From the NCBI RefSeq assembly GCF_009914755.1, contig NC_060931.1: a stretch of 64,000 nucleotides of DNA. One strand, 5' to 3'. This document shows, piece by piece, positions 46,263 to 59,657 of this stretch. This stretch comes from the human T2T-CHM13v2.0 reference genome, Homo sapiens. The notes beneath the pieces were generated by a model, which was given only the letters and a program-made list of their open reading frames with translations, did no database searches and was not told the DNA's origin. The position numbers were made by a program, and so were the translations under genes. How positions within the stretch are numbered: the first letter of the stretch is position 1; each line of letters starts with the position of its first letter.

Positions 46263-46774
46263 CTAGTAGCCATCCTGACTTCTCTAACTCTGAGCCAGAG
46301 TTTCCTCATATACAAATGGAATTAACCCCCCATACACAACATCGCATGGTGTTGTGAATGTAACGAAAATATTTTTTAAAAAAAGAAAAGAAAGAGTTGC
46401 ATGAAAGTAATCTGTTATCCAATTAATTGCAGCTAAAAAGTATGGCCCTGCAATAAGGCGGAGACTCTGGGAGAACCCCATAGCTCAGCCATGGCAAATG
46501 AACTAATTTTACCTTTTGGCCACATCTGATTTTGCCTCATTTGCAAGATACAGTCATAATGAGAAATATGAATTAAAGCAAAATGTCTAATTTATTGTCG
46601 TGATTCATGTGGCAGATTAGTAACTAGGGAAATATAGAGTTCAACGGAATGTTGTGCTTCAAAACCTACATTTATTCATAGGTAACTAATCATTTTACAA
46701 AAGTATTCTTCAAGTCACTTCAGAATTTATCTATAATGCAAAATATTTTTATATGATGTTTCCCAATTTTTTTA

Positions 46775-47088
<314 letters not shown>

Positions 47089-50000
47089 ATTCATGAACAT
47101 TTCCACATAACAGTCCTTGTAATTTGCTGGGGAAAATATGTAATGAATATATGTTATGAATTTAGTAACACCTTTAATGAATCTGTAGGTACGCAATGAC
47201 AATAGAATCCTTACATAGTTGAAAAATAATAGTGTAGATACATGTCTCATTACGCCGTGCCCATTCAATGTTGGGACACACTTGAATTCAAGGACCACCT
47301 GCAAGAACTCCTCCATACCCAGTGATTCTCTATCCACCCCGCTGTGCATTCAAAATATGATCCCACTTTTTAAAAATGCAGTCTTCATGCACATCTATCA
47401 TGTAAGAACTCTTTTAGGGATTTTGTAAGTGAAGGAAAGAGGAGAGATTAATGGAATGGCATCTGTTCTTGGATACATTTTTTTAAAATGCATTAAGGAA
47501 CAGATAACTTATGTAGGATTCATTTTCACTTAAGCTAGCCAAATTAGAAAAATATAGTCAGATCAAGTTCACTGTAAGAAAGACGTTTTCCTATACATGG
47601 CAGGTTGGAAAACAATTTTCCTTCTTTCATAGAAATATAAAGAAAGGAAGAAAACGATTTACATAAGATTATCCCTACAGGCTAGACCTATGCAGTCAGG
47701 ATAATTACTCTAAGAGGTTATATTATGGCTTTTTAAAAAAGTCAGATAGACCCAGATTCCAGGTGATGCTCCTCTACTTACTAAGCTCCTTATCTGTAAA
47801 ATGGGGCCATGTCAACCATGTACAGTTATGAGGATTACATGAGATAATATATGTAGAGTGTCAGGAATAGAGATAAATTCAAGAAAGGTTTGTTCCTTTA
47901 ACTTGATCATAAAGAACAGGGATGTAATGATGATGGACATAAAGGATGAAGGATGTGTTTGAAATAGGCAGGCTGTGGTGAGCTGCCAAAAGCATTCTCT
48001 GTGGGAAATAGGGAGGTACTGAGCAAGCCACATCTCAGGTCCTTTCATTTCCTTCTGTTCTTATTTTTGACATTGCTGCCATTGTGTCCACTAATTTGGC
48101 AAGGTTGCTTTGAATTATGACCTTCCTATTCCCACCATCTGTCTTCCTCTCCCATCAAAACAGTGCATTGTGTATTCTGATCTTTTCCCATTAATGTGAT
48201 TTGATATGTACTTTGTTAACTCTGTAAACTGGGATTTAAAAAAAATTTTCCCAATCATCCTTAAAATGGTCGTTAGCCATTTAACTCTCCATCACTAAAA
48301 AATTAGCCAAACATTCATTTTCTACAGAAGAAATAAGGTAATAAGATGTAAATCTTGCTGGTCCAAAAACAAAGGGTTACTTTATGTCTGGCAAAGTGGA
48401 ATTTAAAACTACTTTGTAAAAGTCCATTAATAATGTCCATTAATTCTAGAGCTACTTGTTGTGTTTTATCATTATCAAATTTAAAACATTTTATTATCAA
48501 AAAGGAATATATACACATATATGAATACATGATTATGTATATGTATATACCTATATATGCGTGCATATACATTTATGTAAATATAAGTATAGGTAGGTAG
48601 ATAGAAAGATAGGCACATAGATGGATGGATAGATAGATTTTAAAAGACCTAGAAGGATTAATATCTAACTGGGAGTTGAGAGTGCGAGTAAAGATGGGGA
48701 TAGGGAGATAGAAACTTTAAATTTTACTTCATCTAGTTATATAGTTTTAAAATTCTTTACAGCAAGCTCATATTGCTTTATTGGTCTTTTAATTATTTTC
48801 TAAAATCTGATCATTTCAGTGCTTAAGAAGAACACTTTAAGACATTTCATTAATTCTTCCAGGTCACTAAGGCACTGCTAAGTGCAATAAAAAAAAAAAA
48901 ATACACTAAAGCTTTACCTTAAGAAAGAGGTGAAAAAGATACTCAGGAAAGCTTTTGATCACTACATAATTTTAGTTAGGATTTTTAAGTCAGATGAGTT
49001 ACTAAAATATATTTTGAGCCCCTAACCACCTACAAGCACTATGTTCAACTGCAGGGAAAACAGAGCTAAGATGTCTCAAGGTTTTTATCATTTGGAAGAG
49101 CTGTCTATGAACACAACCAAGAGAGAAAGTTAGTAACCCAACTTAGGATATTGATCAGAAATGTTTATGAGAGCTTTCAAACATGCCTAGCTGACAGGGG
49201 AGTAAATTAAGCACTTGGAGATTTAGGTTAAATACATAATCATTAAGAACAGAAGAAGAGATCATGAACCATCTCAAGCTCCTTCTCCCAGCTTCAGGTG
49301 AAGTTCAAGTTGGGAGGCCCCAGGCTCTCTATCTACTAGCCTGACTGAGTGAACTGACATTCCACCCAGTTCCCTTCAGCCCCATACAAGATTGGGTGAG
49401 GGCCCTGATGACACTGGGAGCTTCTGAGGAAGGGAGGACAGCTAGAAATGACTAACATATACATCACTTCTTACCTTCTTGGACATAAAGAACCTCACCT
49501 ATCACAAAAAAATTCATGAATGAGAGTATGTGGTCTTTGCCATCCCTTCCACCTATGAGAGCCTGATAACCATGCCTAAGCGATGTTGAGAAGAACATTC
49601 CATAGAAGGCTCAGATTGTGGGTAGGTATGGGAGTGAGGGTAGAAAGGAGGCAAAGAATAGCGGGAAAGGACACGCCTGTCACTAGTACAGGCTAGGCAC
49701 AAAGTCTTGGAGGCCTGTGGTTGATATACTCTGGCATAAAGCAAGCAATACTCTAGCTCACTCCCACTGACTCTTTTCCTCACTTATGGGCTCTTCCATT
49801 GGTTTGTTTCCCAAGTCAAACTTTTAAAAAATTGACAAAGTGTTTCCAGTGTTCCTCTGGGTCTGTGATTGGAATTATACTGAATTTACAGATTCATTTG
49901 ACAGGGGTAGCTAAAATAATCACAATCATAACATCTAAAATTGTATGTTAGAACATTAAGCATTCACCATGTGCTTAATAACATGCTAAGTCATACATAT

Positions 50001-50103
50001 ACATATATGTGTGTGTGTAATCACTTAATCCTCACAATAACCCATCACACACGTATTATGTCCATTTTACAGCTGAGAAAATGAAAGCTACAAATGGTGA
50101 AGT

Positions 50104-50410
50104 GGCCAGGTGCTATAGCCCATGCCTGTAATCACAGTAGTTTGGGAGGCTGAGACAGCAGGATCAGTTGGGTCCAGGAGTTCAAGACCATTCTGGGCAA
50201 CCCAAGGAGACCCTATCTCTACAAAAAAATAAAAATAAATTAGTCAGGTGTAGTGGTGTACACTTGTGGTCCCAGCTACTCAGAAGGCTGAGGTGAGAGG
50301 ACTGCTTGAGCCTGGGCGGTCAAGGCTCCAGTGACCCATGACTATGCCACTGCACTGCAGCCTGGACAACAGAGCGAGACCCTGTCTCAAAAAAAAAAAA
50401 AAAAAAAAAA
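50104..50410 (+). mobile_element. AluJ within MIR
   Basis: TSD AATGGTGAAGT. Confidence 0.92.
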
Positions 50411-50551
50411 GAATGGTGAAGTGGTGAAGTACTTTGCCCAGGGTTGTATAATTAATACGTAGTGGAGTAAAAATTCAGACTCCAAAATGCTCTTAAACAC
50501 CAGGCTGCCCTGACTCTATCTTCTCAATCAAGGGCAAGAAGTGTCTCTTCA

Positions 50552-50842
50552 TTTTTTTTTTTTGAGACGGATTCTCGCCCTGTTGCCCAGGCTGGAATGC
50601 AATGGTGATCTCAGCTCACCACAATCTCCACCTCCCGGGTTCAAGCAATTCTCTTGCCTCAGCCTCCCAAGTAGCTGGGATTACAGGCATGCACCTCCAT
50701 GCCCAGCTAATTTTTGTATTTTTAGTAGAGACGTGGTTTCACCATGTTGGCCAGGCTGGTCTCGAACTCCTGACCTCGTGATCCGCCCACCTCGGCCTCC
50801 CAAAGTGCTGGGATTACAGGCATGAGCCATCACACCTGGCCC
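50552..50842 (-). mobile_element. AluS
   Basis: TSD AAGAAGTGTCTCTTC. Confidence 0.93.
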
Positions 50843-50996
50843 AAGAAGTGTCTCTTCTTTGGTGTGAGCTTTTTTTTTAAGTTCATCATTAGAGTTCTAT
50901 AGTTTTCTTTACAGGGATTCTGCCATTTTATGTCAGTTTACTAGAGAGAGAGATGCACAAATCCTCAATGAAGAAAACTCTTAAGACTTTATGGTG

Positions 50997-51168
50997 GGGA
51001 CTGTGGTGGGGTGGGGGGAGGGGGGAGGGATAGCATTGGGAGATATACCTAATGCTAGATGACGAGTTGGTGGGTGCAGCGCACCGGCATGGCACATGTA
51101 TACATATGTAACTAACCTGCACAATGTGCACATGTACCCTAAAACTTGAAGTATAATTAAAAAAAAAA
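50997..51168 (+). mobile_element. L1PA2-like 3' end (~170 bp)
   Basis: ttgggagatatacctaatgctagatgacGAG (not the ACA/ACG of L1HS); TSD AAGACTTTATGGTG at 50983-50996 and 51169-51182 with TT/AAGA endonuclease site. Confidence 0.92.
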
Positions 51169-51628
51169 AAGACTTTATGGTGACATGGCAGAAGATTTAA
51201 AGAACAGAGAATGTTCCTGTTCTTTGCTAGAAAGATTCAGTGTTATGTAAAAAAGTCAGCCCTCCCTAAATTAATCTGTGGAGTCAATATGACAGCTATC
51301 AACATATAAATAGGGCTTTTGGAGAAAATCTGACAAAAAATGATCTTGAGGTCCATCTGCAAAGGATATGTGGGATTAGCCAAGTTTCAGAAATGAAAAT
51401 TAATGAGGAAATACTAGACTTGCATGGAATTAAACTATATTATAAAGTTCCAGTATTAAGATAGTTTGTTACTGATAGAATCAGAAGTAGAAAGTCCTGA
51501 AATATAGCCATATAATGTAGGAAATTAGCATATGATGAAGACTGAATTTGAAACTGAGATGAATAAGTGTTGCCAGAATAACTGACTATAACAGGATGGG
51601 GAAAGGAAGAATGAAATCTGTTGAGATT

Positions 51629-51929
51629 GGCCAGGCGCAGTGGCTCATGCCTGTAATCCCAGCACTTTGGGAGTCTGAGGTGGTTGGATCCCTTGAGGCC
51701 ACGAGTTCAAAAGTAGCCTGGCCAGCATGGCATTACCTTATCTCTACTAAAAATACAAAAATCAGTCGGGCGTGGTGGCGCTCACCTGTGAGCCAAGCTA
51801 CTCAGGAGGCTGAGGCACAAGAATCACTTGAACCCAGGAGGTAGAGCTTGCAATGAGCCAAGATTGCACCACTGCACTCCAGCCTGGGCGACAGAGTGAG
51901 ACAGTCTCCAAAAAAAAAAAAAAAAAAAA
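51629..51929 (+). mobile_element. AluS within old L1
   Basis: TSD GAAATCTGTTGAGAT. Confidence 0.92.
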
Positions 51930-52352
51930 GAAATCTGTTGAGATCCCCAATTCACTCCTAAGCCAAAATAAATTATTATAATTTAGAATTTTAAATTTTT
52001 ACAATTAAAACCACAAAAATACAAATCATATGGATAAATTTTTTAAATAACATTAGCAAGCAAAAACATAAACTCAATTCAACAAGGAAAATATAGACTC
52101 GATTATAAAATAACTTAAAATTTCTTGTGAGGCAAAGTTTTTTTAATGAGAAACTAGGAAATACATGAAAAAGAGATAATTTCCCTTAATATATGTAGAG
52201 CTCTTACATACCAATAAGAAAAAGATGACCACCTCAAAGGAAAAATATGCAAAATATATAAGCACCAGTTAAAAGAAGAACAATTATAAATAGCCAAAAT
52301 ATTTACTAGAAAATATTTATCTCACTCACAATTAGAGAATTACAAATTAAAG

Positions 52353-52637
52353 GGCCAGGCGTGGTGGCTCACACCTGTAATCCCAGCACTTTGGGAAGCC
52401 GAGGTCTTGAGGTCAGGAGCTCGAGACCAGCCTGGCCAACATGGTGAAACCCCGCCTCTACTAAAAATACAAAAATTAGCTGGGCGTGGTGGCAGACGCC
52501 TGTAATCCCAGCTGCTCAGAAGGTTGGGACAGGAGAATCGCTTGAACCTGGGGCAGAGGTTGCAGTGAGCCGAGATAGCACCACTGTACTCCAGCCTGGG
52601 TGACAGAGCTAGACTCTGTCTCAAAAAAAAAAAAAAA
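52353..52637 (+). mobile_element. AluS with small left-arm deletion
   Basis: TSD AGAATTACAAATTAAA. Confidence 0.92.
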
Positions 52638-52828
52638 GAATTACAAATTAAAATAAGGAGCCAATTAAATATATAAGGTGAACAAAGATTTAAAAATTTG
52701 ATAATATCTAGTCTTGACTTGTGTGGGGAAAGTAGCTTTGGGTAATTTGGCCAAATCTAACAGATTAACATAACCAGTGAAGTTGGTAGACAGCTCTTGT
52801 TCATCTCATCCTAAAAGGAAGGAGACTG

Positions 52829-53138
52829 GGCTGGGCGCGGTGGCTCACACCTGTAATCCCAGCACTTGGGAGACTGAGGCAGGCGGATCATGAGGTCAGG
52901 AGTTTGAGACGAGCCTGACCAACATGGTGAAACCCCGTCTCTACTAAAAAATACAAAAATTAGCCAGGCATGGTGGTGCGCACCTGTAATCCCAGCTACT
53001 CAGGAGACTAAAGCAGGAGAAATCACTTGAACCTGGGGGGACAGAGGTTGCAGTGAGCTGAGATCACGCCACTACACTCCAGCCTGGGTGACAGAGTGAG
53101 ACTCTGTCTCAAAAAATAAATAAATAAAAATAAAAATA
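52829..53138 (+). mobile_element. AluS (Sg-like)
   Basis: TSD AAAAGGAAGGAGACTG. Confidence 0.92.
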
Positions 53139-53656
53139 AAAGGAAGGAGACTGATAAGTGGTGTGCTCAAGGCCAAACTCCTAATTAGAGGTGGGACCAG
53201 AGCTAGGTCCCAGGTCCCCTAACTTGCAGCCCAGGGCCCTCTCACTGTACTGGGGTGTATTCATCTCATTTCGATATGGGAACACAGATGTGTCAGAATG
53301 AGGAAGTTACTTTCCAATGCACTGTGCAGTTATGTTAGCCATGCTATTTCTCCATCCTAGCTGAAGTCCCACCACCATAGACCCTGACACTCCACTGTCC
53401 CCATGTCCTAGATCACCACGTAGTGTGCTTATTCTGCTTCATAGTCTCATACTCAGCAGTCCCAGCCCACCACATACTCCTTCTCTCCCTTTACAGTTTC
53501 CCTGGTCACTCACTTCTTGTAGTCCCTTTTCCGTCCATCCTGTCCCCTTTTCAGTTTCTGTTTTAACTTCTCCTTACATACCCAGTTCTACAAACAGCAT
53601 TATGAGCTCAGCCACCCTCCAGTTCCTGTTAAAAACCACTAGAAATATAATCCAAG

Positions 53657-54250
<594 letters not shown>

Positions 54251-54360
54251 CTCTAATGAAAACGGATTTAAAAAAAAATAACTTTTGTTTATCTGTATTC
54301 TTATTCTTCAACAGACACAAATTGCATGCATTTCTGTATTTTTACAACTTGCTATTTTAA

Positions 54361-54726
<366 letters not shown>

Positions 54727-56334
54727 TGCAAGTTAGTTTTCTAAATGGCACATGTCACATCAGCATCTGTCTTCACTTCGATATATATATTCATATTTAG
54801 CTCCTATCTGTTCCACTGCCTCAAGACATTCTCCCTGTTCCCTGCCTCCTGCCACCTTCTCCCTCTGCACATCACTGGCTGTGAAGGTTCAGATGCCCAG
54901 AAGAAACGTTTTCCACATCTTCACCACCTCTTCACACTAACCCATGCACAATTTCTAGCTCTGCTTTAGTAGATCTAAGGTCACTGACTCATGACTCAGA
55001 AAAGTCAAATGCAAATCATAGGAAAAGCCTGTCTTCACTGCTTCAAAGTTATGTTTACAATAGGCTTGTTATTTACTTTTACTTAAAATTAGAAACAGTC
55101 GAAAAAAATGAAATGCATGGCCTACTTTGGTTCCTTTTCAAAATAAACTGGCCTAATGGTTCTCCACAAACACAAGCAACTCAATTTTTAATCAAAAAAT
55201 GTACTTCTTGCCTCAAAGACTTTACTAAAATAATGTTTTTGGTTCTTAACTATAGAAACAGTTTCACCACTGGAAAATGTGAACATGAGGTAGATACAGC
55301 TTAAGAAGTTAAAAGTCTTGAATTAGGAAATTAAGGTGTTGTCATTGACTTTAAACACCTATAGACTTTGTAATTCATATTACAGTTTGGCTTCCCATTG
55401 CTCGAAGTGTTTGCCTTCCTAATAATGACAGACTTGCTGTTCTCCCCCAGGCTCTAAAAGGTAGCATGTGGAACCCGGGGGAGTTATGAGACCTGGATTT
55501 GGGTTCTCACTGCCAGTTGACAGCCAGATATATGATCTTGGCGTCCATTCGCCCCGCTGGCCTCAGCCTTCCTGCTGTAAAAAGGGGGTTGACAGCAGGC
55601 TCCTTAAGACTGCCTCCACCTCTGCCCCCCGACCTTAGCTCATCCTCCTCTATTCCATTATCCCTGAAGCATTTGCCTCCTCATGTATCTCCTTCCCAAA
55701 AGACAAGATGGCTGGCAGCACGGAAGTGAAAAGGGAAAGAAAGGCTGTTTAAAAAAAAAAAATTCTAAAATGAGTCACCTTTCAAGAATTTCCCATTTCC
55801 TCATGCCTGGGTGCTTCCTCGTGTCGCTAAATCAGTTCTTCCAATGAAACTTGATCTAAGAACCTGGTATTTGTTATGTGCACTGCTCTTGGATGATGTT
55901 TACAATGTGCACACATCTCTTTTAAGAGCTTGTAGGTATCAAACGACCTCCAGGTTGTGCATCAAAAAGACATCAGCAGCCACAGAGTCAACTTTAGTTG
56001 AGCCTGGAGAAAATCATACAAAACCGTAGAGTTTTAACTAGGTTTTGTATCATCTTTTGATAAGTTAGGAAAAATAATTACAGCTCTCCAAACTTCCCAC
56101 TTAACAACTCCCAGGACCCTGCAGCACCCTAAAATCTAGCCAGCTCCAAGAATCACTCTCTACTCCATACCCGGATGAGCCTTGACTCACACTAATTCCC
56201 TCCCTGAGGCTTAAGTCAGGGGGCAGCTGATGGTTGTGGTCTGTGCTGCTTCCGCCTGGCCTATTTTTCATGCTGCCATTTTGAATTAGCATAGGTTTCC
56301 TCCGCAACTGATGCATCTTCTAACCAGGCTGGGA

Positions 56335-56373
56335 ACACAACACGCGCACACGCGCACACACACACGCACGCAC
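56335..56373. repeat. (CA/CG)n alternating purine-pyrimidine tract
   Basis: cacgcgcacacgcgcacacacacacgcacgcac. Confidence 0.9.
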
Positions 56374-57345
56374 CCACCCCACCCGGCTGCCGGACGCAAG
56401 CGTAAGTCAAGGACTTGCATGCTAGAATCAGACAGAAAATCCAGAAAAGCCACGTTATTTAACAGAACCCTACAAGGTCAGCTTTGAGTCAAAGCAGGTA
56501 ACAGTTTCCTTCGATGTTTTCATGGACATTTTTATTCCCAAATCCGAGTTCTCGCCAATTCTCTAAAGTTCAAGCGCCCCTCCTGCTTTGCAGACCACAT
56601 TTCTCTCGGCCCTCGCGAGTGAGGTCGCCAAATACTCGACGCCTCAAGAGCGAGCCGAGGAGGCAGAGGCCGACCAAGCCGGCCTCTCGGCAGCCCCGCC
56701 CGGCGCCCCGCGGAGAACGCCCGGGTGCGGCTCGAGGGAAGTTGTGTCAAGTCCCACGCGCGGCCCGCGGAGAACCCAGGGGCGGCCCGCGCGCGTCGGC
56801 CTAGCGGGGAGGGCTGCTCCGGGACACGGTGCGGCGGCCGCGGGCGAGTTGGACGCGCTGGCAGAGCCGGGCCGAAGGCGGCGGGCGTCTCCGGGCAGCC
56901 ATGTTCGCGGCGCCCGCCCGCGCAGCAGGTACGGCACCTCGGGGAAGGTGCCCGGCTCGCCCCAGACCCCAGGGTGGCGAGGCCAGGGGCCCACAGGCAC
57001 ATCCCAGTGGGCAGCAGGTTGGCTGCCAGGAAAAGGAAACCCAGGAAGAGCAGCGCGGGGAACCCGGCTGCGGTGCGGGAGCCCGGGGCCGGCATCCCTC
57101 CACTGCACCCCCGCAGTCCCCGAGCCGAGTCACCCCGGCTTCAGGCCGAGGCCACCTCTCCTCTGACCGCCCCCAGGCTCCCAGCCCGCCCGGGCCAGCA
57201 CCGGGAATCGGCCTGGGGTAACGCTACCCGCGGGTTCGGAGGGACAGCGGGAGGAGATGAAACGCAGGAGGTGGCGATGGCGGGTGGGGTGAAACCGCCG
57301 GGAAAGCAGCGCTGCAAACGCCCTGCGCTCCCAGACGCGGCTCAC

Positions 57346-57470
57346 CTGGGGCGGCGGGCTCCGGGCTCCGCTCTCCGCTCTGCGGTGCTGAGGCTGCGGC
57401 CGCCGAGGGTGCGGGTGCTGCCGGGTCCGGATTACTGCGGCGACCTCGGGGGCTGCAGCTGCAGTGGCGG
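57346..57470 (-). other. SCRN1: Probable main non-coding first exon of SCRN1 (5' end approximate)
   Basis: Consensus donor CCCAG|gtgagc at 57346/57345 inside the CpG island; splicing to 36774 gives cccagGATGG (strong Kozak). Confidence 0.85.
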
Positions 57471-57647
57471 AGGCGGCCGCCGGGCGCTTCCCCCTACCCA
57501 GACTCCCGGCGCTGGGGCCCGCCGCCCCCCGCAGCAGCTGGCCCGACTCACGTGACCGCGGGGCCCACCCTCCGCCTCCCCCACCCCGGCCCCCGGGGCC
57601 CCGCCGCACCCCGCGCGTCTGGCTGCACGGGCCGCGGCGCTGCTCAC

Positions 57648-57800
57648 CGTCGAGTAGGGAGGGGGCCTGGGAGCTGGAGGAGCGGCCGAGAGGGCGTATC
57701 TCGCCGCAGAAAGTGGCCCCCTCTTTGCTAGATTTTTATTTCTTGGTTGTGGCTCTCAAAAGGGAAAACCCGGGCTTCAAGGAGCCAGGCCCAGCATCCT
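57648..57800 (-). other. SCRN1: Candidate alternative non-coding first exon (5' end unknown)
   Basis: Donor ACG|gtgagc at 57648/57647 within the CpG island. Confidence 0.55.
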
Positions 57801-57886
57801 TTTGGCGCCTCTTCCCGACGTTTGGTTGCTACGTCCGGGCCTCGGCGCCCACACAAGATTTCCCCGGAGAGAAATGTGTCCTGTAC

Positions 57887-57945
57887 CTTGTTGACTCGCA
57901 CGTCCAAGTCGAGTCCCTGGTTTTAAAAGTGCCGTCCTGTACCAT
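57887..57945 (-). CDS. SCRN1: Alternative coding first exon adding MVQDGTFKTRDSTWTCESTR ahead of Met1
   Basis: ATG at 57945; 59 nt to donor CAAG|gtacag; AG plus the single G of exon 2 makes Arg, in frame with the canonical ATG; agrees with my recollection of a 20-aa-longer isoform. Confidence 0.8.
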
Positions 57946-57964
57946 GTTGGTAAGCCAGACCCTG

Positions 57965-58055
57965 TCCCAGGTACTTGGACATTGTGGCCTAGAGAGGTTA
58001 AGTAACTTGCCCAAGGTCACACAGCACGTAACTAAGCCAAGATTCCATATCTGGG
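57965..58055 (-). mobile_element. MIR core
   Basis: agagaggttaagtaacttgcccaaggtcacacagc. Confidence 0.8.
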
Positions 58056-58079
58056 TTAATAAAGTTATGTACAGGGACT

Positions 58080-58119
58080 TGTGTGTTGTGTGTCTGTGTG
58101 TGTGTGTGTGTGTGTGTGT
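58080..58119. repeat. (TG)n microsatellite
   Basis: Seen directly. Confidence 0.95.
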
Positions 58120-58140
58120 TGATGCCAGCGTCAACTCCAT

Positions 58141-58148
58141 CTTTTATA
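58141..58148 (-). promoter_or_regulatory. Candidate TATA box TATAAAAG upstream of the most distal first exon
   Basis: Perfect TATAWAWR match on the minus strand ~200 nt upstream of ATG 57945. Confidence 0.3.
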
Positions 58149-58311
58149 AGTAAATAAGAAAAGACTATCTCAAAAGATATGAAGACGTAATTCAGAGGAA
58201 AATAAATGCAATTCTATCCTGGCACACGAAAAGATATTCAGGCTCACTTAACTGCAAATCAAATATGTGGGGTAGCATCTTCCACCAGCCAGATTAACAA
58301 AAATCAAAACA

Positions 58312-58575
58312 TTTTGAGTCTTGCTTTGTCGCCCAGTCTGGAATGCAGTGGCAGGATCTCGGCTCACTGCAAACTCCGCCTCCTGCCTCCCGCCTCCCGC
58401 CTCCCGCCTCCCGGGTTCAAGCGATTCTCGTGCCTCAGCCTCCCAAGTGGCTGAGACTACAGACCCACGCCACCAGCCTCGCTAATTTTTTTTGATTTTT
58501 AGTAGAGATGGGGTTTCACCATGTTGCCCAGGCCGGTCTCAAACTCCTGAGCTTAGGCAATCCGCCTGCCTCTAC
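58312..58575 (-). mobile_element. AluS, truncated, with internal (CCTCCCG)n expansion
   Basis: cctcctg-cctcccg-cctcccg-cctcccg-cctcccg-ggttcaag. Confidence 0.88.
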
Positions 58576-59174
58576 TATCCAGCTTCCTTTAAAAAGGAGA
58601 ATGATCTTTATTTGCTAATACAAAACTATTTCCAACCTATACTAACTAAAGAAAAATAAAAAGCTAGGTGCAGAACGTTGTGTGTGTTATTTGTGGGAAG
58701 AAAATATATATGTATGTCTGTACTTATTTTTGTAAATGCACAGAGTATCTTTGGAAGAGTACGTAAGAACCTGTAATAGATGCCACCAGGGAGCAGAACT
58801 GGGAGACTGGGTGCTGGGGAGAGAAGGAGACTTTTTTCCATGCCCTTTGAATGTTGAGCCTGTGCTTACAGTCTGACACATGAGTAAACGGATAGTGGGG
58901 AAGGGCTGAGGAAGTTGGTGTAGGTACTGCAGAATAGAGCATTGGTTCGTAGACTCTTGGAGCACAAAGGTACTTTACTGTTCTTTTAGTCTAGCCAAGA
59001 AAACTGTAGCCAATGAGTCTAAATAATCAATATTAGAAATTTCTAGCGGGCTTATTCCTGGGTTCCAGCCCAGATCTATGGAATTCAGAGTCTCTGGGGC
59101 TGGAGCCAGGGAACCCGCATTTTTCAAGCTCTTTAGTTGTTTCTCTTGCATGTTAAAGTCTGAAAGTCCGTGAG

Positions 59175-59335
59175 GTGTGGGTAGGGAGAGCATTAGGAAA
59201 AATAGGTAATGCATGCTGGGCTTAATACCTAAGTGATGGGTTGATAGGTGCAGCAAACCACCGTGGTACACGTTTACTTATATAACAAATCTGCACATCC
59301 TGCATATATACCCCAGAACTTAAAATAAATATTAA
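59175..59335 (+). mobile_element. Older L1PA 3' end inserted at the end of a MER5A (~59040-59165)
   Basis: gggcttaatacctaagtgatgggttgataggtgcagcaaaccacc...cagaacttaaaata. Confidence 0.85.
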
Positions 59336-59361
59336 ACTTTTTTTAAAAGTCTCAGAGTCGC

Positions 59362-59657
59362 TGTTTTATTTTTTGTTTGTTTTGAGATGGGATCTCGCTC
59401 TGTCACCCAGCCTCGAGGGAAGTGGCTCACTGCAGCCTCTACCTCCTAGGCTCAAGTGATCCTCCTACCTCAGCCTCCTGAGTAGATAGGACTACAAGCA
59501 TGTGCCACCATGCCTAGCTACTTTTTAAAATATTTTTGTAGAAATGGAGTCTCACTATGTTGCCCAGGCTGGTTTCAAGCTCCTGGACTCAAATGATCCT
59601 CCTGCCTTAGCCATCTGAAGTGTTAAGATTACAGACGTGAGCCACCGTGCCCAGCCA
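59362..59657 (-). mobile_element. AluJ
   Basis: Diverged reverse Alu. Confidence 0.9.

Larger units (their letters stand above)
56380..57920. promoter_or_regulatory. CpG island / SCRN1 promoter with GC boxes and an E-box (TCACGTGA, 57548-57555)
   Basis: Very high GC and CpG density against the CpG-depleted remainder; contains first-exon donors. Confidence 0.95.

Noticed and set aside
50997-51168. Possible L1HS-Ta polymorphic insertion
   Set aside because: Diagnostic trinucleotide is GAG, not ACA/ACG
56514-58153. Multiple long overlapping ORFs (up to 276 aa) on both strands
   Set aside because: Stop-codon scarcity in a GC-rich CpG island; low-complexity R/P/G/A translations with no recognisable domain (only 57945-57887 retained)
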